Assembly: GCA_002787355.1 (NCBI GenBank)
Contig: PCWN01000007.1
Coordinates: 184,996 to 248,995 of the forward strand
DNA length: 64,000 nt
From: Candidatus Magasanikbacteria bacterium CG11_big_fil_rev_8_21_14_0_20_39_34
GTDB taxonomy: Bacteria > Patescibacteriota > Patescibacteriia > Magasanikbacterales > UBA922
Direction of reading: 5' to 3'
The translations under genes and the position numbers were made by a program. Every line of letters begins with the position of its first letter. The first letter of the stretch is position 1. Below, piece after piece: positions 48,403 to 56,960 of this stretch. Below the pieces are notes generated by a model that saw nothing but the letters and a program-made list of their open reading frames with translations, ran no database searches and was not told the DNA's origin.

Positions 48403-49902
48403 ATGGTACGAACACGATTTGCTCCAAGCCCTACCGGAATGCTCCATGTGGGAGGCCTCAGAACGGCTTTATTTGCTTACCTGTATGCCCGCAAACACAA
48501 AGGGGATTTTCTTATTCGTATTGAAGATACGGATAGAAATCGATTTGTTGAGGGGGGGATAGAACAAATTATTGATTCTCTTTCTTGGGGAAATATAAAA
48601 ATAGATGAGGGCGTAATGCTTGAAAATAATGCTATTGTGCAAAAAGGGGAGAAAGGTCCATACATACAGTCTGAACGGTTTGAACTCTATCAGAAGTATG
48701 CCATGAAGTTATTGGAATCTGGTCATGCTTATTATGCATTTGATACCGCAGAAGAATTGGACAAAATGCGGGAAGTACAGCTGGCTAGTAAGCAAAAACA
48801 GGTTTACGCTCGTGCATCCATGCGAAATAGTTTCACTTTATCACAGGAAGAAGTAAAAAATTTGCTTGCCGCACAGGCCCCCTATGTGCTTCGTCTTAGA
48901 ATTCCAGAGAATGAAATGATTGAATTTGATGACTTGGTTCGTGGGAAAGTAAAAATTCATAGTTCGGAAGTGGACGATCAAATTTTGTTGAAAAGTGATG
49001 GTTTTCCGACTTATCATCTTGCAAATGTGGTAGATGACTATCTTATGGAGATTACACATGTTATCCGTGGGGAAGAGTGGCTTCCTTCTACCCCCAAACA
49101 TGTACTCCTCTATAGAGCCTTTGGTTGGCAGGCACCTACATTTGCTCATCTTTCGCTATTAATAAATGAGCAAAAACAAAAATTAAGCAAACGTCATGGT
49201 GATGTTTCCGTTACCGATTTTAAGGAAAAGGGATACTTGCCCGAAGCATTAATCAATTTTATTGCTTTTTTAGGATGGAATCCCGGGGATGAACGAGAAA
49301 TTTTTTCTTTGGAAGATCTTACGTCTGAGTTTGATTTTGACAAAGTAAGTAAGGCCCCAGCTGTTTTTAATAGAGAAAAATTAAATTGGTACAATAGGCA
49401 ATACATGATGAATATGGACCTCCATGAGGTAACCAGACGTGCTCTTCCATTTTTTAAACATCAAGGTATTCTTGATCGTGACGAAATTGATGATAAAGAA
49501 GAGTTTGAAGTTCTGAAAAAAATAGTGAATCTGGAACGAGGAAGAGTTGATACTCTGGCAGAGCTTCCTGCTGCTGTAGGATTTATCTTTTCCGATGATT
49601 TATCATATGATCCTGGACTTCTGGTATGGAAAAAATCTACGGTAGAAGACGCAAAGGATAAGTTGCAACAGATATACAATGTCCTACAGGCAGATATCTC
49701 AGAGGAGATGTGGAATAAAGAAACCCTAGAAGAGCATGTTATATCTTGGATAAAAGAAAATGAATATGGTGTTGGTGATGTACTCTGGCCAACTCGTGTC
49801 GCATTATCAGGACAGAAAAATTCGCCGGGTCCTTTTGAGATTGCTGAAGTTTTGGGCAAAGAGAAGACCTTACAGAGAATTTCAAATGCGCTTAAGACGT
49901 AA
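48403..49902 (+). CDS. gltX: Glutamate--tRNA ligase.
   Basis: 'RFAPSPTGMLHVGGLRTALF' (HIGH region) and 'KLSKRHG' (KMSKS). Confidence 0.9.
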   Translation: MVRTRFAPSPTGMLHVGGLRTALFAYLYARKHKGDFLIRIEDTDRNRFVEGGIEQIIDSLSWGNIKIDEGVMLENNAIVQKGEKGPYIQSERFELYQKYAMKLLESGHAYYAFDTAEELDKMREVQLASKQKQVYARASMRNSFTLSQEEVKNLLAAQAPYVLRLRIPENEMIEFDDLVRGKVKIHSSEVDDQILLKSDGFPTYHLANVVDDYLMEITHVIRGEEWLPSTPKHVLLYRAFGWQAPTFAHLSLLINEQKQKLSKRHGDVSVTDFKEKGYLPEALINFIAFLGWNPGDEREIFSLEDLTSEFDFDKVSKAPAVFNREKLNWYNRQYMMNMDLHEVTRRALPFFKHQGILDRDEIDDKEEFEVLKKIVNLERGRVDTLAELPAAVGFIFSDDLSYDPGLLVWKKSTVEDAKDKLQQIYNVLQADISEEMWNKETLEEHVISWIKENEYGVGDVLWPTRVALSGQKNSPGPFEIAEVLGKEKTLQRISNALKT

Positions 49903-49904
49903 TT

Positions 49905-50840
49905 ATGGAGAGAACCACAGTCATTACCTCTGGGGCGCCATTTATTGATATTGATGCCTATGCGTGCATATTTGCATATCAAGAACTCTTACAAAAGCAG
50001 GGGAAAAAAGTGCTTTCGCTGGTAACATCACACCCAAATGCAAGTATTATTCATCGTTATAAGAAAGACTTTTATTCAAGGGATACAAAAATGTTATGGA
50101 ACATTCCAGAAAAAGGGTATGTTCTTGTTGATGTTTCTGATCCAAAGCACTTTGAGTCGTTTGTTGAAGAAAAAGAGGTAACAAATGTATTTGACCATCA
50201 TCCTGGGTTTGAAAATTTTTGGAAAGAAAAAATTGGAAAAAATGCTGTCATTGAGCCAGTTGGTGCTGCTGCTACATTGATTTTTCGTGAGTATAAAAAG
50301 TCTCAGTTTTTGCAAGAGATTTCACCCTTTGCCGCTGAACTTTTGGCAGCAGCTATTTTGTCCAATACCCTCTCTTTTCAAGCTCAGATAAGCACACAGG
50401 AGGATAAGGATGCTTATGCAGAATTGTCAGCCTATTTTAACTTTCAAGAACAGTTTGAGTCAGAATATTTTTTAGAAGTTCAGAGAACCATTGAAAATAC
50501 CATTACCGAATCTCTTGTAAATGATTCAAAGCGGATAGATTTTCTTGGACAAAAGATCTTTATTGCACAATTGGAGGTTTTTGACGCAGAAAATATCCTT
50601 CGAAGTAAAACAGAGGATATATCCAATTTTTTACAAAATTCACCAGACAATATTACCTTTTTGAACCTTATTGAAATAGGAAAAGGAAGAAACGTTATTA
50701 TTTTCAAAAATAGGGATTCAAAAGATTTCTTGTTGGATCATTTGTCCGATATAAACATAGATACCCACACAGGGTATGGCTTCACACCTTCTGTTGTTCT
50801 TCGAAAAGAAATCCTGACAAAAATGTATAATAAGGCATAG
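49905..50840 (+). CDS. DHH-family phosphoesterase (NrnA-like).
   Basis: 'VFDHHPG' (DHH motif) and N-terminal 'FIDIDAYAC' at the position of the DxD motif. Confidence 0.5.
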   Translation: MERTTVITSGAPFIDIDAYACIFAYQELLQKQGKKVLSLVTSHPNASIIHRYKKDFYSRDTKMLWNIPEKGYVLVDVSDPKHFESFVEEKEVTNVFDHHPGFENFWKEKIGKNAVIEPVGAAATLIFREYKKSQFLQEISPFAAELLAAAILSNTLSFQAQISTQEDKDAYAELSAYFNFQEQFESEYFLEVQRTIENTITESLVNDSKRIDFLGQKIFIAQLEVFDAENILRSKTEDISNFLQNSPDNITFLNLIEIGKGRNVIIFKNRDSKDFLLDHLSDINIDTHTGYGFTPSVVLRKEILTKMYNKA

Positions 50841-50887
50841 GAGGGGAGAGTATTCACGAAAACTTTTCAATTTGCTATAATGTTCTC

Positions 50888-52150
50888 ATGAATATCAAGA
50901 AATTTACAATCCTCTTGAGCTTGTGTATCGTATTTTTGGCAGTACCGTATTTTGTAATCTCTGTAAATGCCGCTGGGAACTCTACTCAAGCGGAAGTTGA
51001 TCAGCTCAATCAGGAAATAGAAGCGAGACAGAGCAAAATTAAACAAATTGAAGATAGTATTCTTCAATACAAAAAAAAGATAGAAGAAACTCGACTTGAA
51101 AAGGTTTCTCTTGATAATCAATTAAGCATTCTTCAGAATAGAGTAACTGGGGTTGAACTTGATATAAAACTTATCAATGAAAAACTCGATACTATTAATT
51201 TGCAAATTGAGAAACTCCAGTTTGAGATTGCGGAAAAGGAAAAAAGTATTGAGATACAAAAGGTTATTTCAGCGGAGCTTATACGGACACTTCACAAAAA
51301 CGGTGGAAGAAATCTCGTAGAAATTTTAGCGGTATATGACTCATTTTCAAGCTTTTACAATAAACTTCAGTATCTCAAAACAGTTGAAACCAACCTTGCG
51401 GATACTACAAAATCACTAAAGATAGCAAAAGCTGATCTTGAGGGAGAAAAAGAAGAAACAAAGCAAAGACGTCTTGCCTATAAGGATCTTGAAGATAAAC
51501 TCTCTGAAAGAAAAAAAGATCTTGAAGAGCAAGCCTTTGCCAAAGAAGATATCCTCATTAAAACCAAAAATTCTGAGAAGGTATATGAGACATTAGTAGA
51601 AAATTTAAAAAGACAATACCAAGATACAGAGAGTGAGATAACTGGTTTTGAAAAACAAATCCGTCAAAAGCTTGAGGAACAAAAAAAGTTGGAATCCTTT
51701 CCTCCTGCAGAACAGGACTTTGGTAATAAACTTTCTTGGCCCACACAAAGTAGGTACCTTACTGCGTACTTTCATGATCCGGATTATCCCTTCCGTAACG
51801 TTTTTGAGCATACAGGAATTGATATTCGGGCAGCACAGGCAACACCCATAAAAGCGGCTGGAACTGGGTATATTGGACGTGCAAAGCATTGTTCTGCCTC
51901 AACATGCTATTCATATGTTATGGTGATTCATCCTGGAGGACTAGCTACGGTGTATGGACACTTGAGTAAAATTTTAGTAAATGAGGAAGGTTTTGTTTCT
52001 CGTGGAGATATTATTGGGTATTCTGGTGGAACACCTGGAACCGCAGGTGCCGGTCCGTTTGTTACAGGGCCACATCTCCACTTTGAAGTACGTTTGAATG
52101 GTATTCCAGTAAATCCATTGGATTACCTCATACGTGATTGGGACGAATAA
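50888..52150 (+). CDS. Secreted coiled-coil M23 peptidase (EnvC/murein hydrolase activator-like).
   Basis: Signal peptide, about 270 aa of coiled coil, then C-terminal 'HTGIDIRAAQATPIKAAGTG...GPHLHFEV'. Confidence 0.8.
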   Translation: MNIKKFTILLSLCIVFLAVPYFVISVNAAGNSTQAEVDQLNQEIEARQSKIKQIEDSILQYKKKIEETRLEKVSLDNQLSILQNRVTGVELDIKLINEKLDTINLQIEKLQFEIAEKEKSIEIQKVISAELIRTLHKNGGRNLVEILAVYDSFSSFYNKLQYLKTVETNLADTTKSLKIAKADLEGEKEETKQRRLAYKDLEDKLSERKKDLEEQAFAKEDILIKTKNSEKVYETLVENLKRQYQDTESEITGFEKQIRQKLEEQKKLESFPPAEQDFGNKLSWPTQSRYLTAYFHDPDYPFRNVFEHTGIDIRAAQATPIKAAGTGYIGRAKHCSASTCYSYVMVIHPGGLATVYGHLSKILVNEEGFVSRGDIIGYSGGTPGTAGAGPFVTGPHLHFEVRLNGIPVNPLDYLIRDWDE

Positions 52151-52156
52151 AATAAA

Positions 52157-52186
52157 AAACAACGCAAAGCGCGTTGTTTTTTTGTC
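52157..52186. terminator. Bidirectional terminator between the M23 gene and era.
   Basis: ACAACGC-aaag-CGCGTTGT followed by a T-run. Confidence 0.65.
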
Positions 52187-52198
52187 ATTGTAGGTCTC

Positions 52199-53047
52199 CT
52201 ATATTCTTTCTACCCAATGCTTATCTACTTCAACTTCAAGTCCAAGATAAACTTTTTTGTTTGTTGATTGTTCAAGTTCTTTACGTGCCATTTGGCCAAT
52301 TTCTTTTACTTTATTAGCACCTTTACCTATAATCATTTTTTTGTATCGTTCATCATTGGTAAGAATTTTTCCTTCAATTCGGATAAGATCTTCCGTTTCT
52401 TCCACCGAATCAATCTCAACATTCAAGGAGTAGGGGACTTCTTTCTCAAAAATGGAAAATGCTTTTTCCCGTACAATTTCTGCTATCCAAAAGTAGTTGT
52501 CAATATTGGTCAATTGATTTTCCGGATAGAGTGGATCACCTTCTGGGAGGAGTTCCATGACCCTATCACGAAGTGGTTGGATGTGACTTCCTTTAAGGGC
52601 AGATAGGGTGAGGACTTCATTAAAATCGTTTCCCCAGAATTGATAGTCAAGTTGATACTTTCTGTTCTCCTCATGAAGATCACTCTTATTAATTACTAAA
52701 ATTTTAGGTGTCTGGATGTTTCTGATAAGTCCAAAGGTATGACGTTCTTCATCACCAATTTCCTTTGTTGGATCAACTACATAGATGATAACGTCAATAT
52801 CGGAAAGGGCGCCTTCTACCTTGTGCAGAAGTTTTGCGGTAAGCTTACTCTTTTTTGCTTTCAGCACTCCAGGAGTATCTACAAAGACAGCTTGTCCGTC
52901 TGGTGTATTCATGACCCCGTGGATGATGTGTCGAGTCATTTGAGCACGAAAACTAGTAGCCGCAATTTTGGTACCCACAAGCGTATTGAGGAGGGTTGAT
53001 TTACCCACATTTGATCTCCCCACGATTACAACAAATCCTGATTTCAT
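52199..53047 (-). CDS. era: GTPase Era.
   Basis: G1 'GRSNVGKST', G3 'DTPG', G4 'NKSD' and a C-terminal KH domain. Confidence 0.9.
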   Translation of the reverse strand: MKSGFVVIVGRSNVGKSTLLNTLVGTKIAATSFRAQMTRHIIHGVMNTPDGQAVFVDTPGVLKAKKSKLTAKLLHKVEGALSDIDVIIYVVDPTKEIGDEERHTFGLIRNIQTPKILVINKSDLHEENRKYQLDYQFWGNDFNEVLTLSALKGSHIQPLRDRVMELLPEGDPLYPENQLTNIDNYFWIAEIVREKAFSIFEKEVPYSLNVEIDSVEETEDLIRIEGKILTNDERYKKMIIGKGANKVKEIGQMARKELEQSTNKKVYLGLEVEVDKHWVERI

Positions 53048-53150
53048 AACAATTTTCAGCTAATATATAACACTTCTTGAGAAGTTTACCACTTTCTTGT
53101 ATAAAAATCAAGATTGCTGTATACTAGTCAAATATTAAATATGTAATGAT

Positions 53151-53594
53151 ATGAAAGTACTTTTTCTTAAAGATGTAAAGGGAACGGGGAAAAAAGGGGA
53201 GGTAAAAGAGGTTGCGGAAGGTTATGCTCGGAACTTTCTTATCCCAAAAAATCTTGCAAAGCCGGCGACAGAGAAGGTTTTGTCCACTATGGCACAAAAT
53301 CAAAAAAATCGTCTGAAACGAGAAAAAAAACAAGAACACGAAGCCAAAAAAATGTCCCAAAAATTGGAAGGTGAAGTTGTTCATATCTATAAAAAGGCAA
53401 ATGATGCGGGAACTCTCTTTGCTGCCATAAGTGCGAAAGAAGTGGTCAAGGCTTTAAAAGGAAAAGGGATCATCATTGAAGAAAAAAGTATTGAATTTTT
53501 TGAGCCCATAAAGCACACCGGCACACACCCCGTCATGGCTAACCTTGCAGGACAAAAAACAAAATTTAAAATAAATATACAGGTCATTGCTTAA
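53151..53594 (+). CDS. rplI: 50S ribosomal protein L9.
   Basis: '[32 protein letters not shown]'. Confidence 0.9.
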   Translation: MKVLFLKDVKGTGKKGEVKEVAEGYARNFLIPKNLAKPATEKVLSTMAQNQKNRLKREKKQEHEAKKMSQKLEGEVVHIYKKANDAGTLFAAISAKEVVKALKGKGIIIEEKSIEFFEPIKHTGTHPVMANLAGQKTKFKINIQVIA

Positions 53595-53608
53595 ATGACC
53601 TTTATTTT

Positions 53609-55258
53609 TTGAAAGGTATGACACCAAAAAAGCAGAAACCGAAGTTTATTTTTGTAGTGGGAGGCGTAATGAGTAGCGTCGGAAAAGGCGTTACCGCAGC
53701 CTCAATCTCGACAATCCTCCAATCCAGAGGATTCAAGACCACCAATATCAAGTGTGACATGTATGTCAACATTGATGCTGGGACGATTCGTCCCACAGAG
53801 CATGGTGAAGTGTTTGTGGGAAGTGATGGAATTGAAGCAGATCAAGATCTTGGAAATTATGAACGATTTACAGGTAATGAAATGTCTTCTTTAAACTATG
53901 TAACTACTGGACAGGTATATCAGGAAGTTATTCGTAAGGAAAGAAATCTTGAATATGGCGGTGAAGATGTGGAAGTGGTTCCGGATGTCCCAAATGAAAT
54001 TATTCGACGTATACGACTGGCTCAGAAAGAAAGCCAAGCAGAAATTACAGTTGTAGAATTTGGTGGTACGGTAGGGGAGTATCAGGTATTACTTTTTTTG
54101 GAAGCAGCTCGTATTATGAAAGTTCATAATCCCAAAGATGTGGCCTTTGTTTTGGTGAGTTATTTGCCCCTTCCAAAACATATTGGTGAAATGAAAACGA
54201 AACCAACTCAATACGCTGTACGAACTCTCGGAGCAGCAGGTATTCAGACAGACTTCATTGTAGCAAGAGGGGAGCAGACACTTGATAAAAAACGTCGCCA
54301 AACATTAGCAAATGTGTGCAATCTTCTTGATGGTACGGTGGTTGCCGCACCTGATTGTGACTCTATTTATGATGTTCCATTACTTTTCCACGAACAAGGT
54401 TTTGAAAACCGTCTTCTCAAAAAGCTTTCTCTCAAACCAAGAAAGAACGACTTTAAAAGCTGGGAAAACTTTTTACAAAAAAGAAAAAGTGCAAAAAAAA
54501 CGGTACGTATTGGTATTGTGGGAAAATATTTTAGTACGGGTGATTTTACTCTTGCTGATTCGTACATCTCAGTGATTGAAGCAGCAAAACATGCATGTTG
54601 GGGCAATAATGTTATTCCAGACCTTACGTGGGTGGATTCAGAACTCTATGAAAATGATCCACAAAAAGTTCAAAAACTAAAAGAATTTGATGGAATAATT
54701 GTTCCCGGAGGGTTTGGAACACGTGGTATAGAAGGGGTTATACGTGCTATAGAATATGCAAGAGTCCATAATATCCCTTATCTAGGGCTCTGTTATGGAA
54801 TGCAGCTTGCCTGTGTGGAATTTGCAAGAAATGTATTGGGAATTAAAAAGGCAAATACAGTGGAGATGGATCCAAATACACCAGATCCTATTATCCACGT
54901 AAACCCGACACAGTCGGAGAATATTCAAAAAAATCGTTATGGAGGAACCATGCGTCTTGGCTCCTACGATTGTGAATTAAAAAAGGGGACAAAGACTTCA
55001 AAAGCTTATGGAGAAAAGGTAATCAGTGAACGCCATCGTCATCGTTATGAGTTTAATAATGCATACAGAGATGCACTGGAAGAAAAGGGACTTGAGGTTG
55101 TGGGAGTAAATCCAGAATCACAGTTGGTAGAAATTGTGGAACTCAAGAATCATCCTTTTTTTGTGGGCGTGCAGTTTCATCCTGAATTTTTGTCACGACC
55201 AACACAACCTCATCCACTTTTCCTTGAATTTATAAAAGAATCAAAAAAAAGATCATAA
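53609..55258 (+). CDS. pyrG: CTP synthase.
   Basis: 'FIFVVGGVMSSVGKG' and the C-terminal glutamine amidotransferase domain 'GLCYGMQ'. Confidence 0.95.
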   Translation: MKGMTPKKQKPKFIFVVGGVMSSVGKGVTAASISTILQSRGFKTTNIKCDMYVNIDAGTIRPTEHGEVFVGSDGIEADQDLGNYERFTGNEMSSLNYVTTGQVYQEVIRKERNLEYGGEDVEVVPDVPNEIIRRIRLAQKESQAEITVVEFGGTVGEYQVLLFLEAARIMKVHNPKDVAFVLVSYLPLPKHIGEMKTKPTQYAVRTLGAAGIQTDFIVARGEQTLDKKRRQTLANVCNLLDGTVVAAPDCDSIYDVPLLFHEQGFENRLLKKLSLKPRKNDFKSWENFLQKRKSAKKTVRIGIVGKYFSTGDFTLADSYISVIEAAKHACWGNNVIPDLTWVDSELYENDPQKVQKLKEFDGIIVPGGFGTRGIEGVIRAIEYARVHNIPYLGLCYGMQLACVEFARNVLGIKKANTVEMDPNTPDPIIHVNPTQSENIQKNRYGGTMRLGSYDCELKKGTKTSKAYGEKVISERHRHRYEFNNAYRDALEEKGLEVVGVNPESQLVEIVELKNHPFFVGVQFHPEFLSRPTQPHPLFLEFIKESKKRS

Positions 55259-55270
55259 AAGAAAGAAATA

Positions 55271-55309
55271 AAAAACAGGCTAGGGGAGAGGCCTGTTTTT
55301 TGTTTTTTT
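55271..55309 (+). terminator. Intrinsic terminator after pyrG.
   Basis: AACAGGC-N10-GCCTGTT followed by a long T-run. Confidence 0.65.
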
Positions 55310-55377
55310 ACAGAGGTATGATATTCTTAAATGTAGATGCAAGATCCTCTTGCGTTAACCGCCGGACGGGAGTTCAC

Positions 55378-55653
55378 ATGAGCGCTGCTCCAATGTGTCA
55401 GGTGTGCGGCCTTCAGATCACCTGGGAAGGGGATGGTACTCCCCCTCCACACATGATTCATGAAGGGGCATGCCCTGAACGTCCGCAGAACCTGTGCCAA
55501 GTTTACCTGCTCCTGGAGGGCTGGTGTAGGCGTAATGGGGCACAGAACCCCCTCTACTACAACGAAATCGGCAACACACTCGAGCGAGCAAGTTCTGTGC
55601 TTGACTCTGGGCGGGGGAGGCCACGCCGTCTTGCCACTGGCTCAAAAAGATAG
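55378..55653 (+). CDS. Possible 91-aa Cys-containing small protein inside the second GC-rich island. A structured RNA is an alternative.
   Basis: An ATG sits 5 nt after GGGAG. 'CQVCG...EGACP...C...C' suggests a zinc-ribbon-like protein. Other frames on both strands are also open here, so the coding call is weak. Confidence 0.3.
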   Translation: MSAAPMCQVCGLQITWEGDGTPPPHMIHEGACPERPQNLCQVYLLLEGWCRRNGAQNPLYYNEIGNTLERASSVLDSGRGRPRRLATGSKR

Positions 55654-56047
55654 TACCAACATCTCAAAACCCCACCGCCCACCATCTACACTTCTTCCTC
55701 AATAGTCTCTTAATACTAATGTCGCACAATATATCTTATGCGACACTACAGAAAGTATCTTTAAAACAAGGGGTATAAGTATACCGCCTTTTTACTTTAG
55801 AAATCCCTACGAACATCTATGTATATATTAAAACCTATTTATACTTCAAATTAGATTATATAATTTGATTAAATTTTTATTAAATATATATACGTCCTTA
55901 TTATCTATGTAATTTGTATATAGATAAATGCTTGGCTATAAACCAATCATTTATATTTAATTGTAATACCAATTCCCCTTTCTCATGAGAGGTAAATCAC
56001 TGAATATATTGTGCGACACATAGATATTTCTATATATTGTTTTAAAA

Positions 56048-56084
56048 AAGAAAAAGCAGCTAGAACAATCTAGCTGCTTTTACA
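56048..56084. terminator. Perfect 12-bp-stem hairpin terminator downstream of the DsbA-like gene, bidirectional in form.
   Basis: AAAAGCAGCTAG-aacaat-CTAGCTGCTTTT. Confidence 0.7.
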
Positions 56085-56097
56085 ATTATAACTACAA

Positions 56098-56889
56098 TTA
56101 TTGGAGAAGGCTCTTTATCGCGGATTCAACATCTGCGTATGGAAGAGCTCCGTTGAGTGGGATCTTCTGACCGTTTGGTCCATAGAGCACACTGTATGGT
56201 GTCCCCTGTCTTGGTACCTCTACCTCATCACGTGAAATACGAGATGCATATTTTTCTGATGTAAGACAAGTATTAAATGTTGTAGTGTTGAGACCAACAT
56301 TTTTTGCATACAATGCAAACTCAGAAGCATTCAGACGTCCTTTTTGTGCTGCTTCTTCAAACATGTAGTCTGCAAGCTCCCAAAATTTTCCTTGTTCACC
56401 AGCACATTCACTAGCAAGCGCTGCCTGGCGAGCATTTGGATGTAGCCCATCGAGTGGGTGGTGACGGTAGACCCATCGGATATCATTTCCATACTTTTCC
56501 ATGATTTGATTCATGGTAGCTTGAAATCTGTTGCAGTATGGACATTCGAAATCAGAGTATTCAATCAAAGTAATTTTTGCATTTTGTTTTCCTCGAATAT
56601 GATCAACTTTTGGATCAACCGCGTTGAAGTCGGTTGGAGATGCTGGCTGCTGTGGTTGAGCAGGTGCTGCAGCGGCTCCTGTTGTATCTGCCATTCCAGC
56701 TGCTTTATCGTTCATATCTTTACTCATAGTTCCCCTTCCCCCAATAAGAAGAACAAAAAAACCAAGAGTACAAAGAACAAGTATTGTTCCAATTACCCCA
56801 ACTTTAAGGGTTTGTACGGGTGAGAGCATATTGAGAAGATCCAGCATAGACTGTTCTTCTCGCTTTTTATGGGATGAATCCATAGTCAT
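56098..56889 (-). CDS. Membrane-anchored DsbA-family thiol:disulfide oxidoreductase.
   Basis: TM anchor, a Gln/Pro/Ala-rich linker, then 'YSDFECPYC' (CxxC) in a thioredoxin fold. Start at an internal Met. Confidence 0.75.
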   Translation of the reverse strand: MTMDSSHKKREEQSMLDLLNMLSPVQTLKVGVIGTILVLCTLGFFVLLIGGRGTMSKDMNDKAAGMADTTGAAAAPAQPQQPASPTDFNAVDPKVDHIRGKQNAKITLIEYSDFECPYCNRFQATMNQIMEKYGNDIRWVYRHHPLDGLHPNARQAALASECAGEQGKFWELADYMFEEAAQKGRLNASEFALYAKNVGLNTTTFNTCLTSEKYASRISRDEVEVPRQGTPYSVLYGPNGQKIPLNGALPYADVESAIKSLLQ

Positions 56890-56960
56890 ATATAATGAAT
56901 GATTAAAATAAAAATGAATTATACTTAGCAAGTTTACCACACCCTCTCTTTCCATTCAAG

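Noticed and set aside
55609-55684. A 76-nt stretch beginning GGGCGGG and ending CCGCCC-A-CCA, which looks superficially like a tRNA with an encoded CCA end.
   Set aside because: The interior (CTCAAAAAGATAGTACCAACATCTCAAAAC) is AT-rich with no D-arm, anticodon stem or T-loop (GTTCRANYC) features. The 7-bp acceptor pairing has a terminal mismatch. It is more likely coincidence within the GC-rich island.
55338-55700. tmRNA (ssrA) or RNase P RNA identity for the second GC-rich island.
   Set aside because: Only a short CR-V-like fragment (CACAGAACCC) was found. There is no GGAAAGUCCGG (CR-I) or P4 partner, no tmRNA 5' GGGG...UUCGAC, no T-arm GGUUCGAxUCC and no tag ORF ending in ...AA-stop. I kept it as an unresolved finding rather than an RNA feature call.
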